Shown here one piece after another: positions 14,601 through 30,000 of a stretch of 64,000 nucleotides of DNA. Each line of letters begins with the position of its first letter. Within the stretch, counting starts at the first letter, position 1. The stretch is from the human T2T-CHM13v2.0 reference genome, Homo sapiens, in assembly GCF_009914755.1 (NCBI RefSeq), contig NC_060940.1; one strand, written 5' to 3'. Made by a program: the position numbers and the translations under genes. A model generated the notes under the pieces. It saw only the letters and a program-made list of their open reading frames with translations, was not told the DNA's origin and ran no database searches.

Positions 14601-17600
14601 ATGATTCCATTCGATTCCATGCGACGATGATTCCATTCAATTCCATGTGATGATTCCATTCTATTCTATTCGATGATGATTCCATTCGATTCCATTCGAT
14701 GATGATTGGATTCGATTCCATTTGATGATTTCATTTGATTCCATTCGTTAATGATTTCGATCAATTCCATTCGATGATTCCATTCGATTCCATTCGATAA
14801 TGATTACATCCGTGTCCATTCAATGATTCCATTTGAGCCTGTTCGATAATTCCATTTGAGTCCAACCAATGATTCCATTCATTTCCCTTCAATGATTCCA
14901 TTCGAGTCCATTTGATCATTCCGGTAGGGTCCATTCGATGTTGATTCCATTGGAGTGCATTCGATGATTCCATTCGAGTCTATTTTATGATTTGATTCGA
15001 GTCCTTTCGATGATTCCATTCGATTCCACTCGATGATGATTTCATTCGAGTCCATTCGACACTTCCAATCGATTCCATTTGATGTTTCCATTCGAGTCCA
15101 ATTGATGATTCCATTCAATTCCATTCGATGATGATTCCGTACGATTCCATTCTGTGATGATTCCATGTGATTGCATTCAATGATGATTCCTTTAGATTGC
15201 ATTCGATTGTGATTCATTTCGTCTTCATTCTATGGTTCCACTGGTTTCCATTCGTGTCCATTCCATTATTCCATTCTATTCCATTTGATGATGATTCCAT
15301 TCGATTCCATTCATTGGTGATTCCACTCAATTCCATTCAATGATTCCATTCCATTTCTTTCAACAATGATTCCATTACTTTCTAATCGATGATCCACTTG
15401 ATTCCATTTGACGACGATTCCATTCTTGTCCATTCGATGATTCCATTTGATTCCATATGATGATGATTCCATTCGATTCCATACCATGATGATTCCATTC
15501 GAGTCCATTCAATGGTGATTCCATTCAATTCCATTCGATGATTCCTTTTGATTCCATTCGATGATGATGGCATTCGATTCCTTTCAATCATACCCTTTGA
15601 TTCCATTCAAAGGTGATTTCATTCAAGTCCATTCGATAATTGCATTCGATTCCATTCTATGATGATTCCATTCGAGTCCATTTGATGATTCCATTCAATT
15701 CAAGTCAATGATGATTCCATTCGATTCCATTCGATGATTCCATTGGATTCCATTCGATGATGATTCCATTCAAATCCATTCGATAATTCAATTCAAGTCC
15801 ATTCGATGATGATTAAAATCGAATCCATTCAAAGATTCCATTCAGTTCCATTCGATGATTCCCTTAGATTCCATTCGATGATTCCACTTGATTTCATTTA
15901 CGATGATTCCATTTGATTCCATGTGATGATTCCATTCAATTCTATTCAATGCTGTTTCCATTTGATTCCATTCGACCATGATTGCCTTTGATTCCATTCA
16001 ATGACTCCATTCGGTTCCTTTTGATGATGATTCCGTTCGATTCCATTTCATTATTCCATTTGATTCCATTGGATGAGTCCATTCGATTACATTCGATGAT
16101 TATTCCATTCGAGTGCATAAGATGATTCCATTCGAGTCCATTCGATGATTCCATTCGATTCCATTCGATGTTGATTCTGTTCAAATCCATTCGATGATTC
16201 CACTCGATTCCATTCAGTGATGATTCCATTTGATTCCATCTGATGATGATTTCATTTGATTCCATTCGATGATGATTCCATTGGAGTCCATTGAATGATT
16301 CAATTCAATTCCATTCCATGTGGATTCCATTCGAATTCATTCGATTATTCCATTCAAATCCCTTCGTTGATTCCATCTGATTCCACTTGACGATGATTCC
16401 ATTCAAGTCCAATCGATGATTCAATTCGGTTCCATTCAGTGATTCCATTCGAGTCCATTTATGTATTATATTCGTGTCCACTTGATGACTCACTCCATTC
16501 AATTCCATTTAATGATGATTCCATTTGATTCCATTTGATGATTCAGTTCGATTCCTTACAATTATTCCCTACGATTCCTTTCTATGATGATTCCATTCGA
16601 TTCCATTCATTGATGATTCCATTCGACTCCATTCGATGATGATTCCTTTCGATTCCATTTGACGATGTTTCCATTTGAGTCCATTCGATGATGATTCAAT
16701 TCAGTTCTGTTCTATTATGAATCCATTCGATTTCATTCAATGCTTCTATTTGATTCCATTCGACGATGATTCCATCTCTTTCCCTTCGATGTTTCCATTT
16801 GATTCCATTCAGTGATGATTCCATTTGATTCCATCTGATGATGATTTCACTTGATTCATTTCAATGATGATTCCATTCAAGTCCATTCGATGATTCCATT
16901 GGAGTCCAAACGATCATTCCATTCGATTCCATTCAATGATGATTCCATTCATGTCCATTCAATGAATCCTTTCAATTCCATTCGATGATGACTCCATTCG
17001 AGTACATTCGATGATTCCATTTGATTCCATTTGATGATGATTACATTCAATTCCATTCGAAGATGATTCCATTCAATTCCACTTGATGATGATTCCGTAT
17101 GAATCCATTCGCTGATTATTCCATTCGATTCCATTCATTGACGATTCCATTTGATTCCATTCAATGATGATGCTCTTCTATTCCATTCGATGATTCCGGT
17201 CGATTCCATTCGATGATGATTCCATTAGATTCCATTCGATTGTTGCATTCGATTCCCTTCGATGATGATTCCTTTGAATTCCATTCGATTATGATTCCGT
17301 ATGAATCCATTTGATGATTATTCCATTGGATTCCTTTCGATGATGATTCCATTCGATTCCATTTGATGATGTTTCTCATGTATTCCATTTGATAATTCCT
17401 TTCAATTCCCTTCGATGATGATTCTTTCGAGTCAATTCGATGATTCTATTCCATTCCCTTCGATGATGATTCCATTTCACTCCATTCGATGATTCCATTC
17501 GATTCAATTTGGTGATGATTCAATTCGATGACATTCGATGACTCCATTCAATTTCATTTGATGATGATTACATTCGAGTCCATTTGATGATTGTATTCCT

Positions 17601-19097
17601 TTCCTTTTGATGATTATTCCATTCGTGTCTATTCAAAGATTCCATTCTATTCCATTCAATGATGATTCCAATTGATTCCATTCAATGATTATGGCTATCG
17701 ATTCCACTCGTTGATTCCATTTGATTCCATTCGATGATTATTCCGTTAGATTCCATTAGGAGATTCCATTCGATTTTATTCAATGATTCCAATTGATTCC
17801 ATTCAATGATGATTCCATTCGACTCCATTCAGTGATTCCATTTGAGTCCATTTGATGATTCCATTCGAGTCCATTTGATGATTCCATTCTTTTCCATTTG
17901 ATGATGATTCCATTAGGGTCCATTCAATGATTCCATTCGAGTCCATTCGTTAATGCCTTTCGAGTCCTTTTGATCACTACATTCGAGTCCATTCAATGAT
18001 TCTATTCGATTCCATTCCATGATGATTCCATTCGAGTTCATTCGATGATTGCATTCGAGTCCATTTGATGATTCCATAAGATTCCATTCGACAATGATTC
18101 CATTCGTGTCCATTTGATGATTCCATTCATTTCCTATCGATGAAGATTCCATTCGAGTGTATTCGATGATTCCATTCAAATCCATTCGATGATGATTCCA
18201 TTCCAGTCCATTCGATCATTCCACTTGATTCCATTTGATGACTATTCCATTCAAATCCATTTGATGATTCCATTCGATTCCATTCGATGTTACCATTCCA
18301 GTATATACGATGATTCCACTCGATTCCATTTGATGATTATTCCATTGGAGTCGACTTAGTGAATCCTTTAGATTCTACTCGAAGATGATTCCATTCGAGT
18401 CCATTCGATGATACCATTCAATTCCATTCGTTGATGCTTCCATTCAAGTGCATTCGATGATATCATTCGATTCCATTTGATGATAATTCCATTTGATTCC
18501 ATGTGATGATTCTATTCCATTCCATTCAATGATAATTCCATTCAATTCAGTGATTCCTCTGGACTCCATTTGATGATGATTCCATTCAATGATTCCATTC
18601 GATTCTATTCGAAAATGATTCCATTTGAATCCATTTGATGATGATTCCATTCGATTCCATTTGATGATTCCATTCGATTCCATTCGACGATGATTCCATT
18701 CGATTCCATTTGATGATTCCATTCTATTCTATTCGATGATGATTCCATTCGATTCCATTCGATGATGATTGGATTCGATTCCATTTGATGATTTCATTTG
18801 ATTCCATTCGATGATGATTTCGATCAATTCCATTCGATGATTCCATTCGATTCCATTTGATAATGATTACATCCGAGTCCATTCGATGATTCCATTTGAG
18901 CCCGTTCGATAATTCCATTTGAGTCCAATCAATGATTCCATTCATTTCCATTCAATGATTCCATTCGAGTCCATTTGATCATTCCGGTAGGGTCCGTTCG
19001 ATGTTGATTCCATTGGAGTGCATTCGATGATTCCATTCGAGTCCATTTTAGGATTTGATTCGAGTCCTTTCGATGATTCCATTCGATTCCACTCGAT
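11698..19097 (+). repeat. Copy 2 of the near-identical ~7.4-kb segment
   Basis: Starts at the junction ...cattcggTTCCATTCAATGATGATTCtatttgtgtccc (11698-11716). The offset is lost at ~19097 (actcgatgatttc versus actcgatgcgatgatgatttc at ~9680). Confidence 0.93.
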
Positions 19098-19959
19098 GAT
19101 TTCATTCGAGTCCATTCGACACTTCCAATCGATTCCATTTGATGTTTCCATTCGATTCCAATTGATGATTCCATTCAATTCCATTCGATGATGATTCCGT
19201 ACGATTCCATTCTGTGATGATTCCATGTGATTGCATTCAATGATGATTCCTTTCGATTGCATTCGATTATGATTCATTTCGTGTTCATTCTATGGTTCCA
19301 CAGGTTTCCATTCGATGATGTTTCCATTCGTGTCCATTCCATTATTCCATTCTATTCCATTTGAAGATGATTCCATTCGATTCCATTCATTGGTGATTCC
19401 ACTCAATTCCATTCAATGATTCCATTCCATTTCTTTCAACAATGATTCCATTAGTTTCTATTCGATGATCCACTTGATTCCATTTGACGATGATTCCATT
19501 CGTGTCCATTCGATGATTCCATTTGATTCCATATGATGATGATTCCATTCGATTCCATACGATGATGATTCCATTCGAGTCCATTCAATGGTGATTCCAT
19601 TCAATTCCATTCGATGATTCCTTTCGATTCCATTCAATGATGATGGCATTCAATTCCTTTCGATCATTCCCTTTGATTCCATTCAAAGGTGATTTCATTC
19701 AAGTCCATTCGATAATTGCATTCGATTCCATTCTATGATGATTCCATTCGAGTCCATTTGATGATTCCATTCAATTCAAGTCAATGACGATTCCATTCGA
19801 TTCCACTCGATGATTCCATTGGATTCCATTCGATGATGATTCCATTCAAATCCATTCGATAATTCAATTCAAGTCCATTCGATGATGATTCCAATCGAAT
19901 CCATTCAAAGATTCCACTCAATTCCATTCGATGATGATTCCCTTAGATTCCATTCGATG

Positions 19960-22800
19960 ATTCCACTTGATTCCATTTACGATGATTCCATTCGATTCCA
20001 TGTGATGATTCCATTCAATTCTATTCAATGATGTTTCCACTTGATTCCATTCGAACATGATTGCCTTTGATTCCATTCAATGATTCCATACGGTTCCATT
20101 TGATGATGATTCCATTCGAGTGCATTAGATGATTCCATCCGAGTCCATTCGATGATTCCATTCGATTCCATTCGATGTTGATTCTGTTCAAATCCATTCG
20201 ATGATTCCACTCGATTCCATTCGATGACTCCATTTGATCCCATTCGATGATTTCCTTTGATTCCCTTTGATGATCATTCCATTTGATTCAATTCGGTGAT
20301 TTCTTTTGATTCCATTCAGTGATGTTTCCATTCAACTCCTTTCGATGATGATTCCATTCGACTCCATTCGATTATGATTTCATTCAATTCCATTCGATAA
20401 TGATTCCCTTCAAGTCCATTCGATGCTTCCATTCGATTCCATTCAACGATGATTTGATTCGTGTCCATTCGATGATTCCATTTGATTCCATTTGATGATG
20501 ATTCCATTCGAGTCCCTTTGATGATTCCATTCAATTCCATTCTCCGATGATTTCTTTTGAGCCCATTCAATGCTTCCACTCGATTCCATATGATGATGAC
20601 TCCATTTGATGAAATTCCATGATGATTCCATTCGCTTGCATTCGATGATGATTCCACTTGAGTCCGTTAGAAGATTCTATTCAATTACATTCCATGACGA
20701 TTCTGTCCGAGTCCATTTGATGATTCCATTAGACTCCATTCGACGATGATTCCATTCGATGTTATTCGTTGATGATTCCATTCAACTCCATTCGAAGTTT
20801 CCATTCGAGTTCATTCTATTATTCCATTAGATTCCATTCGATGATGATTCCATTCGATTCCATTTGATGATTGCATTCTATTTCATTTGATGATGATTCC
20901 ATTCGAGTCCATTCGATGATTCCATTCGAGTCCATTTAATGAATCCATTGGTTTCAATTCTATGATGATTACATTGGATTCCATTCGTTGATGATTTCAT
21001 TCGATTCCATTCAATGATGATTCCATTCAATTCCATTCAATGATTCCATTCAATTCCATACGATGATGATTCCATTGGATTTGATTCGACAGTGAGCCAT
21101 TCGATTCAATTCCATGATGATTCTATTTGATTCAATTGGTTGACATTTCCATTCGATTCCATTCGATGATGATTCCCTTTGATTCCATTCAAAGCTGATT
21201 CCATTCTAGCCCATTCAATCATTCCATTCGATTCTATTCAATGATGATTCCATTCATGTCGATTTGGTGATTCCATTTGACTTCATTTGATGATGATTCT
21301 TTTCAAGTTCATTAGATGATTCCATTCGATTCCATTTGATGATGATCCCATTCGAGTCCATTTGATGATTCCACTCGTTTCCATTCCATGATGATTCCAT
21401 TCCATTCCATTCAATGATTCCATTCGATTCCGTTTGATGATGATTTCATTCGAGTCCATTTGATGATTCCATTTGATTCCATTCGATGATGATTACATTC
21501 GAGTCCATACGATGATTCCACTCAATTCCATATGATGATGATTCCATTCGATTCCATTCGATGATTCCACTTGATTCCATTTACGATGATTCCATTCGAT
21601 TCCATGTGATGATTCCATTCAGTTCTATTCAATGCTGTTTCCATTTGATTCCATTCGACCATGATTGCCTTTGATTCCATTCAATGACTCCATTCGGTTC
21701 CTTTTGATGATGATTCCGTTCGATTCCATTTCATTATTCCATTTGATTCCATTGGATGAGTCCATTCGATTACATTCGATGATTATTCCATTCGAGTGCA
21801 TTAGATGATTCCATTCGAGTGCATTCGATGATTCCATTCGATTCCATTCGATGTTGATTCTGTTCAAATCCATTCGATGATTCCACTCGATTCCATTCGA
21901 TGACTCCAGTTGATCCCATTCGATGATTTCCTTTGATTCCCTTTGATGATCATTCCATTTGATTCAATTCGGTGATTTCATTTGATTCCATTCAGTGATG
22001 TTTCCATTCGACTCCATTCGATGATGATTCCATTCGACTCCATTCGATTATGATTTCATTCAATTCCATTCGATAATGATTCCCTTCGAGTCCATTCGAT
22101 GATTCCATTCGATTCCATTCAACGATGATTTGATTCGTGTCCATTCGATGATTCCATTTGATTCCACTTGATGATGATTCCATTCGAGTCCATTTGATGA
22201 TTCCATTCAATTCCATTCTCCGATGATTTCTTTTGAGCCCATTCAATGCTTCCACTCGATTCCATATGATGATGACTCCATTCGATGAAATTCGATGATG
22301 ATTCCCTTTGATTCCATTCAAAGATGATTCCATTCTAGCCCATTCAATCATTCCATTCGATTCTATTCAATGATGATTCCATTCATGTCGATTTGGTGAT
22401 TCCATTTGACTTCATTTGATGATGATTCCTTTCAAGTTCATTAGATGATTCCATTCGATTCCATTTGATGATGATCCCATTGGAGTCCATTCAGTGATTC
22501 CACTCGTTTCCATTCCATGATGATTCCATTCCGTTCCATTCAATGATTCCATTCGATTCCGTTTGATGATGATTTCATTCGAGTCCATTTGATGATTCCA
22601 TTGGATTCCATTCGATGATGATTCCATTCGAGTCCATTCGATGATTCTATTCGAATCCATTTGATGATTTCTTTTGATTATAGTTGGTGATGATTCCATT
22701 GGAGTCCATTCAATGATTCCATTCGATTCCAATCGATGGTGATTCCATTAGAGTCCATTTAACGATTCCATTTGATTCCAGTCTCTGATGATTACATTCG
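19960..22800 (+). repeat. Local imperfect tandem repetition (~1.6-1.7 kb period) of two different haplotypes of the same segment
   Basis: Homologous ORFs at 20021/21625 and 20316/21992. The markers ctgttcaaatcc, attctccgatg and ctagcccattc each occur twice. There is a backward jump in register at ~21560. Confidence 0.8.
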
Positions 22801-25800
22801 AGTCCATACGATGATTCCACTCAATTCCATATGATGATGATTCCATTCTATTCCATTCGATGATTCCATTCTATTCTATTCAATGGTGATTCCATTCGAG
22901 TACATTAGATGATTCCATTCGATTCCATTCAATGATGATTCTATTTGTGTCCCTTAGATGGTTCCACATGATTCCATTTCATGATGATACTATTTGAGCC
23001 CATCCAATGACTCCCTTCGATTCCATTCGATGAGGATTCCATTCGATTCAATTCATTGGTGATTCTATTCAATTCAATTCTTTGATTCCATTCCATTCCA
23101 TTCGACAATGATTCCATTCGATTTCTTTCGATGATTCCACTCGATTCCACTTGACATTGATTCCATTCGATTCCATTCAATGATTCCGTTTGATTCCAGT
23201 GGATGATGATTGCCGTCGATTCCATTCGATCACTCCATTCTATTCCATTTGATGATGATTACATTCGATTCCATTTGATGATTCCATCTGATTCTATTCG
23301 AGGATTCCATTTGATTCCATTCGATGATGATTCCATTCGAGTGCATTCGATGATTTCATTCGAGTACATCCAATGATTCCATTCGAGTCCATTTGATGAT
23401 TCCATTTGATTCAATTTGATTATGATTCTACTAGAGTCCATTCAATGACTCCATTCGAATCCATTCAACAATTCCATTCGAGGCCATTCGATGATTCCAT
23501 TTCATGATTCCATTCGAGTCCATTTAATCATTACAGTCGAGTCCATTTGGTGATTCCACTGGATTTCTTTTGATAATGATACCATTCAATTACATTTGAT
23601 GATGATCCCATTCAATTTCATTTGATGGTGATTCCATTAGAGTCCATTCGATGATTTCATTCGAGTCCCTTCATTGATTCCATCCGATTTCATTGGATGA
23701 TGACTCCATTCGAGTCCATTCGATGATTCCACTCGATTCCATTAGATGACTCCATTGGAGTCCATTTGATTGTTCCATTCGATTCTATTCGATTCCTTTC
23801 GAAGATTATTCCATTTGAGTCCATTCGATGATGATTCCATTCCATTCCATTCGATGATTCCGTTTGATTCCATTCGATGATTCCCTTCGATTCCTTTCTT
23901 TGATGATTCCATTCCATTCCATTCAATGATTCCATTCGAATCTATTCCATGATGATTCCTTTCGATTCCATTCGCTGATGTTTCCGTTCAATTCCATTCG
24001 ATGATGATTCCATTCGATTCCATTCATTGAGGATTCCATTTGATTCCATTCAATGATGATTCCGTTCTATTCCATTCAATGATTGCATTCAATTCCATTC
24101 AATGATTATCCCCTTAGAGTAAACTCAACGATTCCATTCAATACCATTCGATGATGATTCCTTTTGAGTCCATTCAATGATTTCATTCAAGTCCATTTGA
24201 TGATTCCTTTCAATTCCATTCTATGATGATTCCATTCGAGTCCATTCGATGATTCCATTCGATTGCATTCGATGATTCCATTATATTCCATTCAACGATG
24301 ATTCCATTCGAGTCCATTCGATGATTCCATTAGAGTACATTTAATGATTGCTTTGTTTTCAATTCGAAGATGATTACATTGGATTCCATTCTATGATACC
24401 ATTCGATTCCATTCAATGATGATTCCACTCAAATCCATTGGATGATTCCATTCGTGTCCATTCGGTGATTTCATTAGATTCCATTCGAGGATGATTCCAT
24501 TCGATTCCATTCGATGATTCCATTCAATTCCATTCGATGATGATTCCATTCCAGTCCATATGATCATTCCATTTGATTTCATTCGATGATGATTCCATTC
24601 GATTCCATTCGATGATTCCATTCTATTCCATTCGATGATGATTCCATTCGAGTCCATTCGATGATTCCATTCGAGTCCATTTAATGATTCCATTGGGTTC
24701 AATTCAATGATGATTACATTGGATTCCGTTCTATGATTCCATTCAATTCCGTTCATTGACTATTTGATTCCATTCGATGATGATTCCATTTGAGTTCATT
24801 CGATGATTCTATTCGATTCTCTTCGATGGTGATTCAATTCTATTATATTGGATGATTCCATTCGATTCCATTTGATGTTGATTCAATTCGATTCTATTCG
24901 ATGATGATTCCATTGGATTTCACTTGATGATTCTATTCGATTCCATTCAATGATGATTCACTTCTCGTCCATTGGATGATTCCATTTCATTCCATTCGAT
25001 GATGATTCCATTCGATTCCATTCGATGATTCCATTTGATTCCATGCGACGGTGAGCAATTCGATTCAATTCCATGATGATTCTATTTGATTCAATTAGAT
25101 GATGTTTCCATTCGAATCCATTCCATGATTATTCCATTGGAATCCATTTGGCGATGATTCCATATGAGTCAATTCAATGATGATTCCATATGGGTCCGTT
25201 CGATGATAATTCCATTTGATTTCATTCGATGCTTCTATTCTATTCCAGTCGATGATGATTCCGTTGGAGTCCATACGATGATTCCATTTGATTTCATTTG
25301 ATGATGATTCCATTCGATGATGATTACATTGGATTCCATTCTATGATTCCATTCAATTCCATTCGTTGATGATTCGATTCCATTCAATGATGATTCCATT
25401 TGAGTTCATTCGATGATTCTATTCGATTCCGTTCGATGGTGATTCAATTCTCTTATATTGGATGATTCCACTCGATTCCATTTGATGATTATTCCATTGG
25501 AGTCCACTTAGTGAATCCTTTAGATTCTACTCGAAGATGATTCCATTCGAGTCCATTCGATGATACCATTCAATTCCATTCGTTGATGCTTCCATTCAAG
25601 TGCATTCGATGATATCATTCGATTCCATTTGATGATAATTCCATTTGATTCCATGCGATGATTCTATTCGATTTCATTCAATGATAATTCCATTCAATTC
25701 AGTGATTCCTCTGAACTCCATTTGATGATGATTCCTTTCAATGATTCCATTCGATTCTGTTCCAAAATGATTCCATTTGAATCCATTTGATGATGATTCC

Positions 25801-28800
25801 ATTAGATTCCATTTGATGATTCCATTCGATTCCATTTGACGATGATTCCATTCGATTCCATTTGATGATTCCATTCTATTCTATTCGATGATGATTCCAT
25901 TCGATTCCATTTGATGATGATTGGATTCGATTCCATTTGATGATTTCATTTGATTCCATTCGTTAATGATTTCGATCAACTCCATTCGATGATTCCATTG
26001 GATTCCATTCGATAATGATTACATCCGAGTCCATTCGATGATTCCATTTGAGCCCGTTCGATAATTCCATTTGAGTCCAATCAATGATTCCATTCATTTC
26101 CATTCAATGATTCCATTCGAGTCCATTTGATCATTCTGGTAGGGTCCGTTCGATGTTGATTCCATTGGAGTGCATTCGATGATTCCATTCGAGTCCATTT
26201 TATGATTTGATTCGAGTCCTTTCGATGATTCCATTCGATTCCACTCGATGATGATTTCATTCGAGTCCATTCGACACTTCCAATCGATTCCATTTGATGT
26301 TTCCATTCGAGTCCAATTGATGATTCCATTCAATTCCATTCGATGATGATTCCGTACGATTCCATTCTGTGATGATTCCATGTGATTGCATTCAATGATG
26401 ATTCCTTTCGATTGCATTCGATTATGATTCATTTCGTGTTCATTCTATGGTTCCACAGGTTTCCATTCGATGACGTTTCCGTTCGTGTCCATTCCATTAT
26501 TCCATTCTATTTCATTTGATGATGATTCCATTCGATTCCATTCATTGGTGATTCCACTCAATTCCATTCAATGATTCCATTCCATTTCTTTCAACAATGA
26601 TTCCATTAGTTTCTATTCGATGATCCACTTGATTCCATTTGGCGATGATTCCATTCGTGTCCATTCGATGATTCCATTTGATTCCATATGATGATGATCC
26701 CATTCGATTCCATACCATGATGATTCCATTCGAGTCCATTCAATGGTGATTCCATTCAATTCCATTCGATGATTCCTTCCGATTCCATTCGATGATGATG
26801 GCATTCGATTCCTTTCAATCATTCCCTTTGATTCCATTCAAAGATGATTTCATTCAAGTCCGTTCGATAATTTCATTTGATTCCATTCTATGATGATTCC
26901 ATTCGAGTCCATTTGATGATTCCATTCAATTCAAGTCAATGATGATTCCATTCAATTCCACTCGATGATTCCATTGGATTCCATTCGATGATGATTCCAT
27001 TCAAATCCATTCGATAATTCAATTCAAGTCCATTCGATGATGATTCCAATCGAATCCATTCAAAGATTCCATTCAATTCCATTCGATGATGATTCCCTTA
27101 GATTCCATTCGATGATTCCACTTGATTCCATTTACGATGATTCCATTCGATTCCATGTGATGAATCCATTCAATTCTATTCAATGATGTTTCCATTTGAT
27201 TCCATTGGACCATGATTGCCTTTGATTCCATTCAATGATTCCATTCGGTTCCATTTGATGATGATTCCGTTCGATTCCATTTCATTATTCCATTTGATTC
27301 CATTGGATGAGTCCATTCGATTACATTCGATGATTATTCCATTCGAGTGCATTAGATGATTGCATTCGAGTCCATTCGATGATTCCATTCGATTCCATTC
27401 GATGTTGATTCTGTTCAAATCCATTCGATGATTCCACTCGATTCCATTCGATGACTCCATTTGATCCCATTCGATGATTTCCTGTGATTCCCTTTGATGA
27501 TCATTCTATTTGATTCAATTCGGTGATTTCATTTCATTCCATTCAGTGATGTTTCCATTCGACTGTATTCGATGATGATTCCATTCGACTCCATTCGATT
27601 ATGATTTCATTCAATTCCATTCAATAATGATTCCCTTCGAGTCCATTCGATGATTCCATTCGATTCCATTCAACGATGATTTGATTCGTTTCCATTCGAT
27701 GATTCCATTTGATTCCACTTGATGATGATTCCATTCGAGTCCATTTGATGATTCCATTCGAGTCTATTTATGTATTATATTCGTGTCCACTTCATGATTC
27801 CATTCAATTCCATTTAATGTTGATTCCATTTGATTCCATTTGATGATTCAGTTCGATTCCTTGCAATGATTCCCTACGATTCCTTTCTATGATGATTCCA
27901 TTCGATTCCATTCATTGATGATTTCATTCGACTCCATTCGATGATGATTCCTTACGTTTCCATTTGACGATGTTTCCCTTCGAGTCCATTCGATGATGAT
28001 TCTATTCAATTCTGTTCTATTATGATTCCATTCGATTTCATTCAATGCTTCTATTTGATTCCATTCGATGATGATTCCATCTCTTTCCCTTCGATGATTC
28101 CATTTGATTCCATTCAGTGATGATTCCATTTGATTCCATCTGATGATGATTTCACTTGATTCCTTTCAATGATGATTCAATTCAAGTCCATTCGATGATT
28201 CCATTGGAGTCCAAACGATCATTCCGTTCGATTCCATTCAATGGTGATTCCATTCATGTCCATTCGATGAATCCATTCAATTCCATTCGATGATGACTCC
28301 ATTCGAGTACATTCGATGATTCCATTTGATTCCATTTGAAGATGATTCCATTCAATTCCATTCGAAGATGATTCCATTCAATTCCATTCGATGATGATTC
28401 CGTATGAATCCATTCTCTGATTATTCCATTCGATTCCATTCATTGACGATTCCATTCAATTCCATTCAATGATGATTCTCTTCTATTCCATTCGATGATT
28501 CCGGTCGATTCCATTCGATGATGATTCCATTAGATTCCATTCGATTGTTGCATTCGATTCCCTTCGATGATGATTCCTTTGAATTCCATTCGATTATCAT
28601 TCCGTATGAATCCATTTGATGATTATTCCATTGGATTCCTTTCGATGATGATTCCATTCGATTCCATTTGATGATGTTTCTCTTGTATTCCATTGGATAA
28701 TTCCTTTCAGTTCCCTTCGATGATTATTCTTTCGAGTCAATTCGATGATTCTATTCCATTCCCTTCGATGATGATTCCATTTCACTCCATTTGATGATTC

Positions 28801-30000
28801 CATTCGACTCAATTTGGTGATGATTCAATTCGATGACATTCGATGACTCCATTCAATTTCATTTGATGATGATTACATTCGAGTCCATTTGATGATTGTA
28901 TTCCTTTCCTTTTGATGATTATTCCATTCGTGTCTATTCAAAGATTCCATTCTATTCCATTCAATGATGATTGCATTTGATTCCATTCAATGATTATGGC
29001 TATCGATTCCACTCGTTGATTCCATTTGATTCCGTTCGATGATTATTCCGTTAGATTCCATTAGAAGATTCCATTCGATTTTATTCAATGATTCCAATGG
29101 ATTCCATTCAATGATGATTCCATTCGACTCCATTCAGTGATTCCATTCGAGTCCATTTGATGATTCCATTCTTTTCCATTTGATGATGATTCCATTAGGG
29201 TCCATTCAATGATTCCATTCGAGTCCATTCGTTAATGCCTTTCGAGTCCTTTTGATCACTACATTCGAGTCCATTCAATGATTCTATTCGATTCCATTCC
29301 ATGATGATTCCATTCGAGTTCATTCGATGATTGCATTCGAGTCCATTTGATGATTCCATATGATTCCCTTCGACAATGATTCCATTCGTGTCCATTTGAT
29401 GATTCCATTCATTTCCTATCGATGAAGATTCCATTCAAGTGTATTCGATGATTCCATTCAAATCCATTCGATGATGATTCCATTCCAGTCCATTCGATCA
29501 TTCCACTTGATTCCATTTGATGACTATTCCATTCAAATCCATTTGATGATTCCATTCTATTCCATTCGATGTTACCATTCGAGTATATACGATGATTCCA
29601 CTCGATTCCATTTGATGATTATTCCATTGGAGTCCACTTAGTGAATCCTTTAGATTCTACTCGAAGATGATTCCATTCGAGTCCATTCGATGATACCATT
29701 CAATTCCATTCGTTGATGCTTCCATTCAAGTGCATTCGATGATATCATTCGATTCCATTTGATGATAATTCCATTTGATTCCATGCGATGATTCTATTCG
29801 ATTCCATTCAATGATAATTCCATTCAATTCAGTGATTCCTCTGGACTCCATTTGATGATGATTCCATTCAATGATTCCATTCGATTCTATTCCAAAATGA
29901 TTCCATTTGAATCCATTTGATGATGATTCCATTAGATTCCATTTGATGATTCCATTCGATTCCATTTGACGATGATTCCATTCGATTCCATTTGATGATT
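22400..30000 (+). repeat. Dispersed haplotype block shared with ~34.7-40.9 kb and ~55.7-63.2 kb
   Basis: ORF offsets of 12,304 then 12,278 (e.g. 24391/36695, 27176/39454) and 33,332 then 33,309 (e.g. 23690/57022, 26081/59390, 29195/62504). Shared variants: ctggtagggtcc, ttggaccatg, gactgtattcg, ttcctgtgattccc. Confidence 0.85.
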
